A stretch of 64,000 nucleotides of DNA from Nitrospirota bacterium (GTDB lineage Bacteria; Nitrospirota; Nitrospiria; Nitrospirales; Nitrospiraceae). Each line of letters starts with the position of its first letter. Within the stretch, counting starts at the first letter, position 1. A program made the translations under genes and the position numbers. Positions 60,949 through 64,000 of the stretch are shown here, piece by piece. The notes beneath the pieces are model-generated. The model saw only the letters and a program-made list of their open reading frames with translations, was not told the DNA's origin and made no database searches. The stretch is taken from positions 128,001 through 192,000 of the forward strand of contig CAVPBK010000005.1 of the NCBI GenBank assembly GCA_963701855.1, read 5' to 3'.

Positions 60949-61756
60949 ATGGTTGCGAATAAACGCGGTATCAGCGTGAAGTCTAGGTATATCGGCAGGG
61001 TTTCTCTTGTGCTTGTGTTGGCCATAATCTCCAGTTGAGTGGAGCGTCTGTACCGAGCGGTCCCACGCGATTCAGGCAGAGAGCCGGACGGAAAAAGAAG
61101 CCAATCTGAAAGGTCAGGCCCAAGGAGGATTGTTTAATCGGTGGACCTTCGACCAACAAAAATCTGGTGAGGCTCCTGCAGGATTTTCAATGTTGGGATT
61201 TGGCGAGGGGCCGGCTGCGGACTGGATGGTCAAGGCGGATACTGATGCCCCTTCAGCGTCGAACATTCTGGCCGTAACGTCATCATGCCTGGCCGTAAGT
61301 TGTTACCGTATGATCGTTGCTGAGGGGTTTCAGTATGAATATCCGGATCTGTCGGTCAGGATGCGGTTTCCCATCGATGCTGGGGCGGGAGTGGGTGGCG
61401 TAGTATTTGGGCTAAAAGATGCCAGGCACTTCTATGCGGTGGTGGTCGATCTTGCGGCGAAGACGCTGGAAGTGATTCGGGTGGTGGATGGAACCGAGAC
61501 ACGGCTCGATCGGTCGTCGATCACGCCCAAAGCGCTTCCCTGGCATATGCTGCGGATTCAGCGGAACACCATCATCAGCAAGGACTTTATCGAAACATTC
61601 TTCGACGGGCAGCTCGCCGTGACGGTTGAGGATCAATCTCTGGCGACCGGTCAAGTCGGACTCCTGGTTCGCGGACCAAATGCGCTGGATTTCGACAGCT
61701 TGCACGCCGTTCCACTTTTTTCTCATCGCCCGCTTTCTGATCCTGCTGCCTATTAG
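60949..61756 (+). CDS. Exported beta-sandwich (ConA/lectin-like) protein, apparent +1 frameshift near 61030
   Basis: A signal-peptide-like ORF from 60949 joins the 61130-61756 frame if one base is removed; W.FD...G..P.GF and G.VGL...FD motifs. Confidence 0.65.
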
Positions 61757-62022
61757 CAGGACGCACGGCATCATGCGTGTTTGCGTTGTCGCTTGCATTT
61801 GGAGGGGCTGAGGAGTAGAGTACGGCTCGTGTGTCATCGCGAAAGGCCTGGTGGTGATACCACAGAGAGAGACAAGGCCTAAGACAGTTGTTGTTTTGGT
61901 TCTGCCCGGGAATTTGATCGGAAGCCAGCCTTGAGCCGCCATGGTGTTTGCATCTTCGGCCCACTCCTTCCTCACTTTGTTCTCGAGTCCAAGACAACAC
62001 ATATTCTCAAAGGAGGAGCCCA

Positions 62023-62334
62023 ATGGGTTCGAAGATTTATGTCGGTGGTTTGCCGTATTCTACAACTGAGCAGCAACTGAGCGATCTGTTTGCTGTGCAT
62101 GGAGCGGTGACATCATCCAGGATTATCACAGATAAGTTCACTGGCCAATCCCGCGGGTTTGGATTCGTGGAGATGTCCGGGGATTCAGAAGCGCAGGCGG
62201 CGATTACCGCGCTTAACGGCACTGAGTTGGGCGGTCGCACGTTGACCGTCAACGAAGCACGTCCCCAGGAGCCACGGACTGGCGGCGGCGGTGGTGGTCG
62301 CGGCGGTCGCGGCGGCGGTGGAGACCGGTACTAA
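62023..62334 (+). CDS. RRM RNA-binding protein with Gly/Arg tail
   Basis: RNP2 IYVGGL; RNP1 RGFGFVEM; AGGAGG RBS. Confidence 0.95.
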   Translation: MGSKIYVGGLPYSTTEQQLSDLFAVHGAVTSSRIITDKFTGQSRGFGFVEMSGDSEAQAAITALNGTELGGRTLTVNEARPQEPRTGGGGGGRGGRGGGGDRY

Positions 62335-62357
62335 GCCGTAACGAGTGGTTTACACGT

Positions 62358-62392
62358 CGGGGCTGCCTATCCGGCAGCCCCGCTATTTCCTT
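62358..62392 (+). terminator. Terminator-like hairpin
   Basis: CGGGGCTGCC-TATCC-GGCAGCCCCG followed by CTATTTCCTT. Confidence 0.65.
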
Positions 62393-62483
62393 CCTAGAAT
62401 TGCCCATCAACGTGATGTGTTTCTCGGCCCTCTACCAGGCCGGACCGTGCAGTCCCAGGAAGTGTTTCCTTACAAGGAGTCTT

Positions 62484-63821
62484 ATGTCTACGTTTGCTGA
62501 TATGAATCTACCCCAGTCCCTTGCCCAGCGCCTGATACAGGCAGGCCTAACGACACCCACGCCGGTGCAACAGGCTGCCATTCCACTAGCACTGAAAGGC
62601 CAGGACATTATGGCGCAAGCCAAAACCGGGAGTGGAAAAACACTGGCGTTTTTGCTGCCGATTATTGAGCAGGTTATGCGACGGGAGGCCTCTGCGCCCG
62701 CGCCTGGTCCCTATACCAGGTCTGGACCGAGCCACGCGTCTGGACCGAAGTTTTTGGTGCTGGCGCCCACACGGGAGTTGGCGCTTCAGATCGAAATGGA
62801 GTTACGCAAGTATGCTCCGATATCCGTGACCTCGTTGTCGGTCTACGGCGGGACGCCGATCGAGCGCCATTACCGCGCACTGCAACGACCGCCTATGGTG
62901 GTGGTCGGTACGCCAGGGCGGTTGCTCGACTTGGCTGGTTCTGGCCACTTGAAGTTGGGTGGCGTAACGTTTCTTGTGATGGACGAAGCTGATCAGATGT
63001 TGGATCGCGGGTTTCTTCGGGACATCCAACGGATTATCCGTCTACTGCCGGTTGAACGTCAGACGCTGTTGTTCTCCGCGACGTTTTCGGGGGAGATTCA
63101 AACGCTCGCGCAGACCATGCAGCGCAATCCTGCTCGTATCTCTGTCGATCCAGGGATCAGCACGCCGACCACGATCGTGCATGCCTACTATGTTGTGCCG
63201 GGAGATCAGGCGCGTACGCAACTTGTGCATACGTTGCTTCAGAGCGTGACGGGTGGGGGACGATCAATGGTGTTTTGCGATCAAAAGTATAAGGTGCGAC
63301 GGTTGGCGGCCCACTTGGGTGGAGAACCGGCTTCGGTCGGTGCGTTGACCGGCAATCACAGCCAGGCGCAGCGTGAACGGACACTCGGCGCTTTTCGGGC
63401 CGGTCGTCTCCGTTCACTCGTGGCGACCGATGTGGCAGCCAGAGGCCTCGATATTCAAGATGTGGCCCAGGTGATTCACTATGAGTTGCCGACTAATCCA
63501 AATTCTTACGTTCATCGGACGGGACGAACGGGTCGAGCAGAAAAGGAAGGGGCGACATACTTGATTCTGTCTCAGTCAGAAGAGCGAGAGTACCTGCAAA
63601 TGGTGAGGCAGTTACGAATCGAGACGAAGAAACTCGCGCTTCCGGTGTTGGTTGCCCTCCCATCTCCGGCCCCTCTATCGGTCGGCGAGCAGCAGGCTCC
63701 TCGCCACCGGCCCCGCCGAAGTGCCGAACCGTCTGGTCGGCGATTCCGCGAGGGGGAGAACCGTGGATCGGCTCATAGGCCGGGAGCATCGGTCGGTGGA
63801 ACCAGGCACTCACGATATTAA
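62484..63821 (+). CDS. DEAD-box RNA helicase
   Basis: Q motif, AKTGSGKT, PTRELA, TPGR, DEAD, SAT, ARGLD, HRTGRTGR. Confidence 0.96.
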   Translation: MSTFADMNLPQSLAQRLIQAGLTTPTPVQQAAIPLALKGQDIMAQAKTGSGKTLAFLLPIIEQVMRREASAPAPGPYTRSGPSHASGPKFLVLAPTRELALQIEMELRKYAPISVTSLSVYGGTPIERHYRALQRPPMVVVGTPGRLLDLAGSGHLKLGGVTFLVMDEADQMLDRGFLRDIQRIIRLLPVERQTLLFSATFSGEIQTLAQTMQRNPARISVDPGISTPTTIVHAYYVVPGDQARTQLVHTLLQSVTGGGRSMVFCDQKYKVRRLAAHLGGEPASVGALTGNHSQAQRERTLGAFRAGRLRSLVATDVAARGLDIQDVAQVIHYELPTNPNSYVHRTGRTGRAEKEGATYLILSQSEEREYLQMVRQLRIETKKLALPVLVALPSPAPLSVGEQQAPRHRPRRSAEPSGRRFREGENRGSAHRPGASVGGTRHSRY

Positions 63822-64000
63822 GATATTAAAGGGTCTTGACGCCACCGGGCCTGGAAATGGACCGGTGGCGTCCCACCTGCCTGTCAGAGTGTGACCTGCA
63901 CCCGCAGTTGTGCTCAGTGCTGTTTCCGATGGTAAGATAACGGCCGGAAGGTCGTCCCATGCCACCGTTTCAACTCGAAGCCCCATTCAAGCCCTGCGGA

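Overview
The window looks like part of a Nitrospira chromosome, most likely a complete ammonia oxidiser (comammox). This is inferred from the HAO-pathway cytochromes cycA (c554) and cycB (cm552) at the left end and from the style of the intergenic repeats. The main finding lies about 2 kb downstream, on the minus strand: an operon of a monoheme cytochrome c, two copper nitrite reductase (NirK)-like paralogs and a DUF1566 protein. Each paralog lacks essential copper or catalytic residues, and the losses are exactly reciprocal. Paralog A keeps the type-1 Cu site and the domain-1 half of the type-2 site; paralog B keeps only the domain-2 His_cat and the third type-2 ligand. A complete active site could therefore form only at an A-B interface, suggesting an obligate heteromeric 'split NirK'. 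Housekeeping genes include glyQS, ppdK, ribD, ribE, a pseudouridine synthase, queC, dksA, apt, a sigma-70-family factor, acyP, tRNA-Pro, ald, uvrA, a TolC-family protein, an RRM protein and a DEAD-box helicase. Accessory features are a decayed IS3 truncating a sulfate-binding protein gene, a type I restriction-modification operon with nested Shedu-like, Mrr-like and HipA-kinase/HIRAN genes, DUF4160/DUF2442 cassettes, toxin-antitoxin cassettes stacked between repeated uvrA 3' ends, a 19-aa Lys/Ala micro-ORF and MITE-like repeats. Several apparent +1 frameshifts may be assembly errors. All family assignments come from motif recognition by eye; no database searches were run.
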